Source: Candidatus Fermentibacterota bacterium (GTDB lineage Bacteria; Fermentibacterota; Fermentibacteria; Fermentibacterales; JCC-6). From it: a stretch of 64,000 nucleotides of DNA. A model generated the notes under the pieces. That model saw only the letters and a program-made list of their open reading frames with translations. It ran no database searches and was not told the DNA's origin. Shown piece after piece: positions 26,850 to 35,384 of the stretch. Location of the stretch: the NCBI GenBank assembly GCA_963845085.1, contig CAWJQI010000005.1, positions 576,502 to 640,501 on the forward strand. The letters are read 5' to 3'. A program made the translations under genes and the position numbers. Each line of letters starts with the position of its first letter. The stretch's first letter is position 1.

Positions 26850-27998
26850 TCAGCGCAACCTTTTCTCCGACAGTGCAACGAGCAGACGGAACAGGGCGTC
26901 CCATGGGCGGCGTGGAAGAACGAATTCACTCCGCGGCACACTTCCGTAAAGGGCCGGGCGCCCCGGTCCGAAAGAACTCCCCGGAAGCCTTCGGATGGCT
27001 CCGAACCGCAGGCGTGCAAGATTGGCACCCGCAATGGCGCCCCATCTTCTTCCGGCTGAAAAAGCTCTGGTCATCGAAACCGGAGTGGACCAGGGAAGGT
27101 GGGGAAAAAGGCTTATGAACACCCTTAGACCGGCATCCGATGCCGCCTTCACTGCCAGGTCCATGTCTGCGACGCCGAAATCCTTGCCCAGAGCCCTCAT
27201 GTCTGAATCAAGCCCCCCGTCGGGGCTGAAACTCACTGCGGTACAGCCCGATTCCACAAGCATTCCGGCGTACCGGGGGGAGAACCCGACCGGCGAATGG
27301 TACGCCTCCCAAGTAACTCCCGTACCCGCGATCGCCTGAGCCACCTGCTCCCCCCTCCCCGGGCTGTGGTTCAGCACGGGAGCGCAAAGAAAGATGTGCC
27401 CCACGCCTCTCTTCCTGAGCATCTCCACTTCGGAATGGAGTTCGGGCAGGCACTTGTCCCGCACTGTCCGCCCGGAAAGCGAGGGATAAACGCAGTATGA
27501 ACAATCACGCGTGCAGCCCCTTGTCACTTCCACGCCGATGGAGAGGTTGCCCTGATACGGCAGATATGGATTCAGGTCGATCAGGTCCCATCGGGGAACG
27601 GGAATTTCCTCCTCATGGTGGCCAACCGTATCGCCTGAAATGACGGGTACGGCGGCCCTCAATTCCCTGTGGAAAAGGCTGTAACCGGGTCCTCCGGCAA
27701 GCAGTTGGGAATCGGGTAGAACCGCAGCTGCAGTTCTGACCTGCGCAAGGAACGAAGGAACATAGCTGAACCTGTCGAACGGGCTTGTGGTGTCGGCGTT
27801 TCTGAGGGATATGCCGATCGTCGACGGCCTGTCCCGCGAGAGCCTCGACGCAAGCTCACGCATGGGGTCGGCAACCACGTTCAGATCGAGAACAGCGACA
27901 TCTCCGGGGGCAAGGGACGCTGCCACAGTGAGAAGCCCCAGCGGAACAACGGGGTGCTGCTTTCTTCCAAGCCAGGACTGCACCAGGAGGGTTTTCAG
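26850..27998 (-). CDS. B12-binding-domain radical SAM enzyme (class B rSAM)
   Basis: The N-terminus LKTLLVQSW...PLGLLTVAASL resembles a B12-binding domain, and the rSAM cluster motif is TRGCTRDCSYC. There is no ATG at the N-terminus. Candidate starts are the CTG at 27998 (CTGA overlap, with GAGAGGA upstream) or a GTG 5 codons downstream. The 5' extension of the tracked ORF overlaps the methyltransferase gene. Confidence 0.7.
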   Translation of the reverse strand: MKTLLVQSWLGRKQHPVVPLGLLTVAASLAPGDVAVLDLNVVADPMRELASRLSRDRPSTIGISLRNADTTSPFDRFSYVPSFLAQVRTAAAVLPDSQLLAGGPGYSLFHRELRAAVPVISGDTVGHHEEEIPVPRWDLIDLNPYLPYQGNLSIGVEVTRGCTRDCSYCVYPSLSGRTVRDKCLPELHSEVEMLRKRGVGHIFLCAPVLNHSPGRGEQVAQAIAGTGVTWEAYHSPVGFSPRYAGMLVESGCTAVSFSPDGGLDSDMRALGKDFGVADMDLAVKAASDAGLRVFISLFPHLPWSTPVSMTRAFSAGRRWGAIAGANLARLRFGAIRRLPGSSFGPGRPALYGSVPRSEFVLPRRPWDALFRLLVALSEKRLR

Positions 27999-28624
27999 GG
28001 CATCCTCTCGTAGAGTGCTGCCATCATCCGCACCATGAGCAGCCCCCGGGACGGCTTCCGGCCAGCCGCCTCCATGAAACGCCGCTTCGGCCAGCAGCGC
28101 TCGACGAGCCTGAAGCCGGACTCGGCGAATCTCGAGTCCCAATCGGGCCAGGTCAGGTGAAACTCGTCGTTCCCCTGCATGAATCTGATTCGTTTCGCCT
28201 CGAGCTCGGATCTGGTCGGATCGGTGAACGCCCAGTCTTCGAGAAGAAGGAAACAACCATCCGGCATGAGCACCCGGTGAGATTCTTCGAGAGTTCTCGC
28301 GAGGTCGTTCGTGTTCATGTGATGAAGCACCGCCATGGCAAGAACAGCATCGAATGAACCGTTTTTGAAAGGAAGTTCGGCGGGATCCGTGCAAAGGGCT
28401 GTTGACGCAGGTGCGTTAACTTTTACGAAGGGCATGAAAGCCTCGGAGACATCGGTACACACCAGAAGTTGCGGCGAGAGGCGTCCGGATGCCAGCGCAG
28501 GACCGCATCCGATCTCAAGGATCCGCTCCCTCCCGTGAAGCATTCCGACAACCCGGTCATCGGCGGGTGACGCCTTTCTTCCGGCTGTATACTCCAAAAC
28601 CCTTTCCCGGCTCCATCCCTTCAA
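27995..28624 (-). CDS. Class I SAM-dependent methyltransferase
   Basis: 209 aa with motif I ILEIGCGPALAS and Methyltransf_11-like blocks (FDAVLAMAVLHH, LMPDGCFLL). Confidence 0.75.
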   Translation of the reverse strand: MKGWSRERVLEYTAGRKASPADDRVVGMLHGRERILEIGCGPALASGRLSPQLLVCTDVSEAFMPFVKVNAPASTALCTDPAELPFKNGSFDAVLAMAVLHHMNTNDLARTLEESHRVLMPDGCFLLLEDWAFTDPTRSELEAKRIRFMQGNDEFHLTWPDWDSRFAESGFRLVERCWPKRRFMEAAGRKPSRGLLMVRMMAALYERMP

Positions 28625-29796
28625 CGGGCTTCCTCGCCATGCCCAATGGACTGTGCAAGAGGCACGTCAGCCCTTCTGCAGAGGCTTTCGAACAGGTTGG
28701 CAATGAACGCACGGGTCGGCATTCCCAATGGAGACGGCATCCCTTCCTCGATTGTCCTCGAAATGGCATCGAGCAGTGGAAGCGTCCAGAGGCAGTTCCT
28801 CCGGTCGGGACCTGCGCCCCCCCGTGCAAGATGGATCCCATCCCAGGTGCAGCCTCCCCCGCAGATTCCCAACGCAGGGCATTCAGCGCAATCGGGATAG
28901 TTAACCGGGTTCAGGCGGCTCCAATCGGTGATGCTCCGTGTGTTAACACAACTGCTGATCGTGCCATCCGGGCGGAATACAAGTTTTCCGCTCTGAGCCG
29001 AGCAGTCACGATGCCTGAACATCCCGGTCACGATGGGGAGAAGCCTTCGCGCAACCTGGTCAACGAACACCCCCGTATCCAGGCTGAAGTGATAGGCTCC
29101 GACGACAATCCGGCCGTACTCCTCCCCGCTTATCGGATCAAAGGACGACGGCGTGAAGTGTTGAATGTTCACGCCGAAACTCACGGGGTGAAACCTCTCA
29201 AGCAGCAGATAAAGCGATTCGGGCAGCGAGCCATTGTTGTGGGAACCCGTGACAAGTGAAACTCCAGCGGGCAGGCCGATTTCCAAGGCGAGATCGAGGG
29301 CGCGCGCGGCACCCTTCCAGGAGTCTCCCCTGTAAATGCAGTGTTCCTTCTCAAGACCGTCCATTGACACAACCAGCGCCGTCCCTCTGTCCTTGAGAAA
29401 CTGAGCTGTTTCCCTGTCCAGAAGGGTTCCGTTGGTAAAGAGAACGGCCTGTCCACCCCATCTTTCCAACAGGGCCATGACTGCGCGTGGGTGAAGAAGG
29501 GGCTCGCCACCGGTCACGAGAAGAAGCACATCGGGATCGGAATGGGCAAGGATCGCGTCGAGGGTGGCCGAACTCATGTCTCCTTTGAAGCCGCCTGCAA
29601 TCCTGGCACTGCAGTACTCACAAGAGAGGTTGCACCTTCCGGTTACAACGGCCTGAACGGCCCTCAACCGGAGCGGAGGTTCAGGGGGAGGCTCGACAGG
29701 TCCGCCCGAGGGAGGTGAACCGCCGAAAAAGAACTGGTTTGAATACCGGTTCACAAAGCAGTTCTCCCTGAGCCTTGCCCAGCCTGTTCCGATCAC
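28621..29796 (-). CDS. Radical SAM / SPASM-domain enzyme (paralog 3)
   Basis: 391 aa with the cluster motif GRCNLSCEYC, the GGEPLL block, and a C-terminal SPASM motif CAECPALGICGGGC. Confidence 0.8.
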   Translation of the reverse strand: MIGTGWARLRENCFVNRYSNQFFFGGSPPSGGPVEPPPEPPLRLRAVQAVVTGRCNLSCEYCSARIAGGFKGDMSSATLDAILAHSDPDVLLLVTGGEPLLHPRAVMALLERWGGQAVLFTNGTLLDRETAQFLKDRGTALVVSMDGLEKEHCIYRGDSWKGAARALDLALEIGLPAGVSLVTGSHNNGSLPESLYLLLERFHPVSFGVNIQHFTPSSFDPISGEEYGRIVVGAYHFSLDTGVFVDQVARRLLPIVTGMFRHRDCSAQSGKLVFRPDGTISSCVNTRSITDWSRLNPVNYPDCAECPALGICGGGCTWDGIHLARGGAGPDRRNCLWTLPLLDAISRTIEEGMPSPLGMPTRAFIANLFESLCRRADVPLAQSIGHGEEAR

Positions 29797-31085
29797 CTGA
29801 GTTCTCCTCCCAGCATGGCTTCGGGTTGCGGCATGCGCTCCCTGTCAAGAATACCGACCGGAAGAAAGGCCTGCATATCCACCGGGGACAGAACACCGGA
29901 AGCCCCGCCTTTGGCCACGCCGTCAAGGATTGTACCCAGCATCCAGCTGAGAAGTGCCCTCTCAAAACTGCAGCGCTGCTCACGCACGCCGGACAGGCTG
30001 CCCGTGCAGACCATTGAATCGTAAAGACACCCGCCGCCGCAAAGAGCGACGCATGGACACGTCAGGCAATCATCCCTGAATACTGGGACAAGCCTTGAAA
30101 ACCTTTTCAGAATTGCCGGGATTGATTCAGGGTCTGAAACCGTGTACATGCCTGCGGCCGCCATGCAGTCGCACGGGCTTATCCCTCCGCCGGGGGTGAA
30201 GACCAGTCTGCCGCCCCTCGAAGGGCAGTCCCTAAGCCTGGGGGAAGCCGTCACCAGCGGTCTTAGCCTTCTGAAGAGCTGCTCGACGTAAACACCCTTC
30301 GACAGCGCATCGGAAAGACACCCTGTGACTGCATCGAACACATCCTCCCATCGGGCCTCGAACGGATTCTCAGGACCGCACGGTTTCGGGTGCATCCAGA
30401 TGTTGAGCCCGATGTCGTCAGGTTTCATTGTGTCAAGAAGAAAACCAAAGTCATCCCTCACGCTGGATGCGTTGCCCTTTGTGACGGTAAGACTTATCCC
30501 GACGCGGCAACCCGCGTTTCTGAAAGCATCGAAAGACTTCAGGGCTTCTTCGAAGGAGTTTCCTCCGCACAGCGGCCTCAGGGAATTATGAAGCTTTTCC
30601 CGGCCGTCGATGCTCACAATGGCGAAGCCATTCCTTTCGGCAAGCATCTCATCCAGCATCCGGGGATGCTTCCAGCCTCCCGTTGCAAGGGAGAGGTTGA
30701 GATCATCCCGGGATTCCCTGATGACGCGCATGACCAGTTCCGGCTCAAGCAGCGGCTCACCTCCGTATATGAGGATGTCCGCACCCCTCCCGGCCTGCCC
30801 TGCAAAAATGGTCAGTCCGTTCGAAACCTCCCCATCGGTCATGCTTCCCATCGAAGGGGGAACAAAGCAGTAGCAGCACTTTCTGGGACAGCGCCCCGTA
30901 AGAAAGAACGTTGCCATTGTAACGCCGGATGAAACACAGAAATCCCTGTACTTCCCGAGCAGTTTTCCGGCGTCGAACGGAGAAGGTTCTCCCGGCCTTA
31001 TGCACACCTCCAGCGTAAGCGCATTGAATACGGCTTCAATCCCGCCCGGGGATGTAAAGTGATGAAGAAAAACTTCTCCGTTCAT
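29793..31085 (-). CDS. Radical SAM / SPASM-domain enzyme (paralog 2, with ~65-aa N-terminal extension)
   Basis: 430 aa with the cluster motif GRCPRKCCYC, the block YGGEPLLEP, and a C-terminal motif CLTCPCVALCGGGC. Confidence 0.8.
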   Translation of the reverse strand: MNGEVFLHHFTSPGGIEAVFNALTLEVCIRPGEPSPFDAGKLLGKYRDFCVSSGVTMATFFLTGRCPRKCCYCFVPPSMGSMTDGEVSNGLTIFAGQAGRGADILIYGGEPLLEPELVMRVIRESRDDLNLSLATGGWKHPRMLDEMLAERNGFAIVSIDGREKLHNSLRPLCGGNSFEEALKSFDAFRNAGCRVGISLTVTKGNASSVRDDFGFLLDTMKPDDIGLNIWMHPKPCGPENPFEARWEDVFDAVTGCLSDALSKGVYVEQLFRRLRPLVTASPRLRDCPSRGGRLVFTPGGGISPCDCMAAAGMYTVSDPESIPAILKRFSRLVPVFRDDCLTCPCVALCGGGCLYDSMVCTGSLSGVREQRCSFERALLSWMLGTILDGVAKGGASGVLSPVDMQAFLPVGILDRERMPQPEAMLGGELR

Positions 31086-32113
31086 TCAGCGGGCATGCCG
31101 ATCAACGTGCAGAGGTAGCCGGCGTGAATGAATTGGTCAGCACAGCCCTCGGTTGTCTTCAACAATGGAGGGGAAATGCCCCTGAGATGAAAACAGTACT
31201 CATCCGGGCTCGAAAGCCCGGTGTAGTACCTTCTACCGGCACACCCTCCCAGGCAGTAATCCTTCCACGGGCAAGCTCCGCATTCCCCCGGCATGGCGAC
31301 GGCATGACACATGTCTCCGCAGGATGAAAGCAGATCAGGGTTTGTGCCGACCTGTTCGATGGAGAGCCCGGTTTGACCCCAGTACACACAGGGGAGAACC
31401 TCCCCGTGCGGTGAAACCCTGAAACCGTGAAGCCCGCAGGGCGAACCGAGAGTGGAAACCGGTCGGCCGTGAAATGCAAGCGCGGCATTGACAATCGGTT
31501 CAGAGCACGCCAGAACGGATGTCTCTTCGAAAAGCACCGACACAGCGCTCCAGAAGTCATCGTACGACGGCTTCAGCCCGGCATCGAAAACCGGCTTGTA
31601 TACGTTCACCCGAAGAGGCAAACGCGCTTCGCGGGCAAACCGGCACATGTCCCTCATGCAGCCTGCATTCCCCTTCATGAGACACATGGCGAGCGATGCG
31701 GTCACTCCGAGTTCCCTGCAGCGGATTATCCCGTCCTCCACCATGCGGAACGCACCAGTCGCCCTCGTGGCATCGTGCAGCCCTTCGTTCGGGTAATCAA
31801 GCGAAAGGTCCACGTCATGCAGGCGCGAGAGCATCCCGTCGGACATCGCGAGAAGGCTTGGACCGGCGGTCGTAAGGGCCAGGGGGATCCCCCTCTGAAG
31901 AATGGCATCGACAACCTGCAGAAATTCCGGATGCATGCACGATTCGCCGGTTCCGAGGTTGATCGCTGCCGGCGGCATCTTGTCGATAAAGCGGAACAAC
32001 CTTGCGGAATCGAGGTGCACGGGGTTCCTGCCTGCACCTGAATAGCAGTGGGGACAGGTGAACGGGCATGCAGATGTGAGTCCGACACCGATGGAATAGC
32101 GGCGGCCTGTCAT
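31082..32113 (-). CDS. Radical SAM / SPASM-domain enzyme (paralog 1)
   Basis: 343 aa with the cluster motif SACPFTCPHC and a C-terminal motif CGACPWKDYCLGGC. Confidence 0.8.
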   Translation of the reverse strand: MTGRRYSIGVGLTSACPFTCPHCYSGAGRNPVHLDSARLFRFIDKMPPAAINLGTGESCMHPEFLQVVDAILQRGIPLALTTAGPSLLAMSDGMLSRLHDVDLSLDYPNEGLHDATRATGAFRMVEDGIIRCRELGVTASLAMCLMKGNAGCMRDMCRFAREARLPLRVNVYKPVFDAGLKPSYDDFWSAVSVLFEETSVLACSEPIVNAALAFHGRPVSTLGSPCGLHGFRVSPHGEVLPCVYWGQTGLSIEQVGTNPDLLSSCGDMCHAVAMPGECGACPWKDYCLGGCAGRRYYTGLSSPDEYCFHLRGISPPLLKTTEGCADQFIHAGYLCTLIGMPAE

Positions 32114-32901
32114 TGCACCCCCATTTCGCGCAGTGCGCTCTTCAATGAGTTGGCAATATAATCGCCAGGGGATGATGGCAAATCGAAAAGATCGACCACA
32201 ATCGGTCCGGAATAACCGTTCCCGGCAAGGCTCGGAAGGAGTTCAATCCACGGGAATCCGCCTTCTCCGGGAAGAAGGTGAACGTGATCCCGTCCCGAGA
32301 TATCCTCGACATGCGTATGCACAAGACTGCCGCCCGACCTTTTCACGGCTTCACAGGGCCGCAGGCCGTCAAGGAAACAGTGCCCGAAGTCAAGGTTGAC
32401 CCCCGCCCTGTCGCCAACGCTGGCCACCAGTTCGCCAAATGCGGTCAGGTCGGCCAGAACGGTTCCGGGTTCGGGCTCCCAGGCTGGTCTCAGGCTTCCC
32501 GGCAACTCGCCCAGAAGCCACACGCACTCCTCCAAAAATGATGCCCATGACGCCTGGGCCGAAAGAGGGGAACCGAGCACGAGCACACTGGCATCGAGTT
32601 CGACCGCTTTCTCAATGGCGCGGGAAATGCCTGCCCTCCTGGCGAAGGCGCCATCCTTCTTGCCATGATAGCTGACCGCCGACAGTCGCAGACCGCACAG
32701 ATCACCACGGTACGATGAAGCGCCCGGGTGTTCCATGCAGTACTCGACAAGCGAATAGCCCGCCCCGGCGATCAATTCCAGAGCATGTTCCACAGAAAAC
32801 CCGCGCAGCCCCGCCGTCCTGAATCCAAGCCTGTCGGAAACGGACTCAACATCCCCGGCAGATCGATCCATACCCATGTCAGCCGATACTCCGTCAATCA
32901 T
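32110..32901 (-). CDS. Xylose-isomerase-like TIM-barrel protein (sugar-phosphate isomerase/epimerase, AP_endonuc_2 superfamily)
   Basis: Trimmed to the ATG at 32901, an 8-nt overlap with the upstream stop. Blocks GYSLVEY, NLDFGH and HTHVEDISGRDHVHLLPGEG fit the metal-binding TIM-barrel family that includes IolE and IolI. Confidence 0.7.
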   Translation of the reverse strand: MIDGVSADMGMDRSAGDVESVSDRLGFRTAGLRGFSVEHALELIAGAGYSLVEYCMEHPGASSYRGDLCGLRLSAVSYHGKKDGAFARRAGISRAIEKAVELDASVLVLGSPLSAQASWASFLEECVWLLGELPGSLRPAWEPEPGTVLADLTAFGELVASVGDRAGVNLDFGHCFLDGLRPCEAVKRSGGSLVHTHVEDISGRDHVHLLPGEGGFPWIELLPSLAGNGYSGPIVVDLFDLPSSPGDYIANSLKSALREMGVQ

Positions 32902-35224
32902 TTTCTGCCTTCGACAGCGCACCCACGGGACAGGCTGAGGCGCAGGGGGAGTCGGGGCAGCCGATGCAGGCCCGGGTGAAAAACGGGCGGAACGCCTCGA
33001 AATCACCGGGGCATTCTGCAACCACGATGCCTCCGGCGCCTTTGGAAAGCCCAAGCTTCTGAAGGCACGCGATCTCGCAGGCCCTGCATCCCGTGCACCA
33101 TTCCGGGCAAACGACAACGCTCGCGTTTTCAGCGCTGACCGAAAAGACAACGGGTTCCGAAGGACGGGAGAGCAACTCCGGTCCGGAGGTGATACTGCAG
33201 GGAATGCATCGGAAGGGGTACCCGAGCCCTCCTCTTCCCTGCATGCCGTGGGGCAGCAGATCGTTCACGTTCAGCATGCGCCCGGTCTCTTCGGGCAGGC
33301 CGGGCGGCCACCAGCCGTGCTGCGCCATGATGGTACCCGCCGGTACTTTCCGGGTGAGACGGACAACCCTGCCGCAGCTTCCCCAGGGGGAACGCAGGGT
33401 TGCCCATTCTCCGTCGCCCACTCCGTACGCAGCGCCATCTGCGGGATTGACCTCGACGAGAGGAAGGGGATTTCGCTCAAGCAGGCACTCGACGTTCCTG
33501 TGCTCGGAGTGGAAGAACACAGGTGTTCGCGCCCCGGTGGTCAGCACGAGGGGGTGGGCGTCGTCCACGGGCGGGGGCTCGACATACCAGGGCGCAGGAA
33601 GCAGCCCCGCCTTCCCCATCACCCCGGGTTGAAGCTCGACAAGCCCGGACGGTGTTGGATAGCCTGGCTTTCCGTCAGCTCTGAGCAGCCCTTTTTCGTG
33701 CTTCGCATACTCGGTCCCGGGCATCACCCAGCCACGATGCGAAAGCTCGTCCCAGGTCATCCCCGAAGGCTCAAGGACATGGTCGAACCAGCTCTTCACA
33801 TCCTTCCAGGGGAACGCATCCGGCGCCACCCGCCTTCCGAAGTCAAGAACGATCTCCATGTCACTTCGTGCTTCGCCCTGCGGTTCCACAGCCTTGTTCA
33901 CCGCAGCCAGCTGGTACCACCAGTTGCGAATGCCGTTCCGTTCCGGATAACAGGCAACCGGCAGGAACACGGTGCCGAACTGCTCTGCCGTCGGGGTCAT
34001 GAAAAGGTCGCACACCACAACCTCGCCGATGCGTGAAAGAAGCCGTGCTGCCCTGGAAGGCGCTGCAAAACCGTTCACAACCGTTCCCGATCCCTGCACC
34101 CACGCGCATTTGACGGGTCTTCCCGCCTCCATCTCATCAAGGAGGACATCAGAACTGGCATACGGAAAGCCCATCGTGGTCATGGGATACCGTGATGCAC
34201 CCGTCTTTCCCCCGGGGGGCTCTATCCCTCCCCTCCTGGGTATCCCGAACGGGTCAGTCGTGATGACGCACCCCCCGGGTATGTCCAGATTGCCAGAGAG
34301 CGCGACCAGGGAAGCAAGGGCATGGGAGGTTCCCAGAGCCGACGGGCTCATGTCGACAGAAACACCCCAGTGAAGCGAGGCCGGGTGCGCGTTCAGCCAG
34401 AGGTCGGCCGCACGTGCGATCACGTCAGGTTCAATCCCGCACTCCCTTGATGCGGTTTCAAGGTTCCAGGAGCTCGCTGCTTCAAGTGCGCCGTCAACTC
34501 CTGAAACCCATTTTTCGGCAAAACCCGCGTCAAGACAGCCGGTTCGATGCATGCGCGTCATGAACGCCATCGCAAGGGCTCCGTCAGTTCCGGGCCTGAT
34601 CCGAAGGTGGACAGCCGCCTTTCCGGCAAGCCATGTGTTCCGCGGATCGACCACTACAAGCCTTGATCCCAGCTTCATGCACTCGACGAGCCATTTCCCC
34701 AGAAAACCGTCGGGATTCGACGCCACAGGGTTGGAGCCCCACACAAGGATGCACTCCGGCAGCTTCCAGGAAGAATTCTCGTATCGGTCAGGGAAATACT
34801 GGGAGCAGTCCGCAGTGAAAAAGCCCCCGAACAGCGACGCGCAAACGCTCATCCGGGGCATGAGACAGGCCGAACCCGACCCCGGACCGAGCGCGTAGTA
34901 CTCCGGGCTTCCGAATCCGCCAGCCAGCCTGCTAAGCCAGGGACCTATGTCCCGTCCTGTCCCCTTGAGGAAGAGCACGGACCTCGGACCGCAGGTTTCC
35001 CGAGCTTCCAGAAAGGAATCCGCTGCTCGTTGAAGGGCTTCATTCCAGGTGGCCCTTTTCCAGCTGCCACCTTTTGAGCGCACCATGGGGTGAAGCACTC
35101 TGGCCGGGTCGTAAAGGGTTCCGATAACAGCAAGCCCCCTGGGGCACATGCTTCCCCTGTTGTAGGGGTTGTCAGGGTCGCCCCGGACTGCTGTGACCCT
35201 GCCTCCGGAAACGCTGAGCACCAC
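32894..35224 (-). CDS. Molybdopterin/tungstopterin (bis-PGD) oxidoreductase fused to a C-terminal 2x[4Fe-4S] ferredoxin domain; true 5' end lies upstream
   Basis: 776 aa from the GTG at 35224. It has the blocks GDPDNPYNRGSMCPRG and VWGSNP, a molybdopterin dinucleotide-binding C-terminal region, then CTGCRACEIAC and CIGCPDSPCASACP. The conserved N-terminal Cys cluster (VCTTPPGCHCGCG) is encoded in frame upstream of the GTG (35225-35262), so the called start is too short (see finding). Confidence 0.8.
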   Translation of the reverse strand: MVLSVSGGRVTAVRGDPDNPYNRGSMCPRGLAVIGTLYDPARVLHPMVRSKGGSWKRATWNEALQRAADSFLEARETCGPRSVLFLKGTGRDIGPWLSRLAGGFGSPEYYALGPGSGSACLMPRMSVCASLFGGFFTADCSQYFPDRYENSSWKLPECILVWGSNPVASNPDGFLGKWLVECMKLGSRLVVVDPRNTWLAGKAAVHLRIRPGTDGALAMAFMTRMHRTGCLDAGFAEKWVSGVDGALEAASSWNLETASRECGIEPDVIARAADLWLNAHPASLHWGVSVDMSPSALGTSHALASLVALSGNLDIPGGCVITTDPFGIPRRGGIEPPGGKTGASRYPMTTMGFPYASSDVLLDEMEAGRPVKCAWVQGSGTVVNGFAAPSRAARLLSRIGEVVVCDLFMTPTAEQFGTVFLPVACYPERNGIRNWWYQLAAVNKAVEPQGEARSDMEIVLDFGRRVAPDAFPWKDVKSWFDHVLEPSGMTWDELSHRGWVMPGTEYAKHEKGLLRADGKPGYPTPSGLVELQPGVMGKAGLLPAPWYVEPPPVDDAHPLVLTTGARTPVFFHSEHRNVECLLERNPLPLVEVNPADGAAYGVGDGEWATLRSPWGSCGRVVRLTRKVPAGTIMAQHGWWPPGLPEETGRMLNVNDLLPHGMQGRGGLGYPFRCIPCSITSGPELLSRPSEPVVFSVSAENASVVVCPEWCTGCRACEIACLQKLGLSKGAGGIVVAECPGDFEAFRPFFTRACIGCPDSPCASACPVGALSKAEND

Positions 35225-35384
35225 ACCGCAGCCGCAATGGCACCCCGGCGGAGTGGTACAGACCGTTCTAACCTCGGTGCAGTGACAGCCGGTGATAAAG
35301 CCCTCCCTGCATCTGCCTGAAAGTCACGACCACAGCGGAATATGGCCCTTCATCGCGGGCTGCCCAAGCCGCTTGTGAAGGGGA

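Noticed and set aside
27999-28394. 5' extension of ORF 26850-28394, which would make a 514-aa rSAM enzyme.
   Set aside because: It overlaps the methyltransferase gene 27995-28624 out of frame and has junk-like composition. The B12-binding domain starts exactly at the methyltransferase stop.
32902-33150. 5' extension of the TIM-barrel ORF (32110-33150).
   Set aside because: It overlaps the ferredoxin tail of the Mo-enzyme gene. It is Pro/Ala/Arg-rich, and an internal ATG with an 8-nt overlap gives a standard ~264-aa protein.
35324-35326. Possibility that TGA is reassigned (Gly/Trp) genome-wide.
   Set aside because: Dozens of well-supported genes in this window terminate at TGA at the expected protein C-termini, often within ATGA/GTGA overlaps. 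Global reassignment is therefore not tenable.
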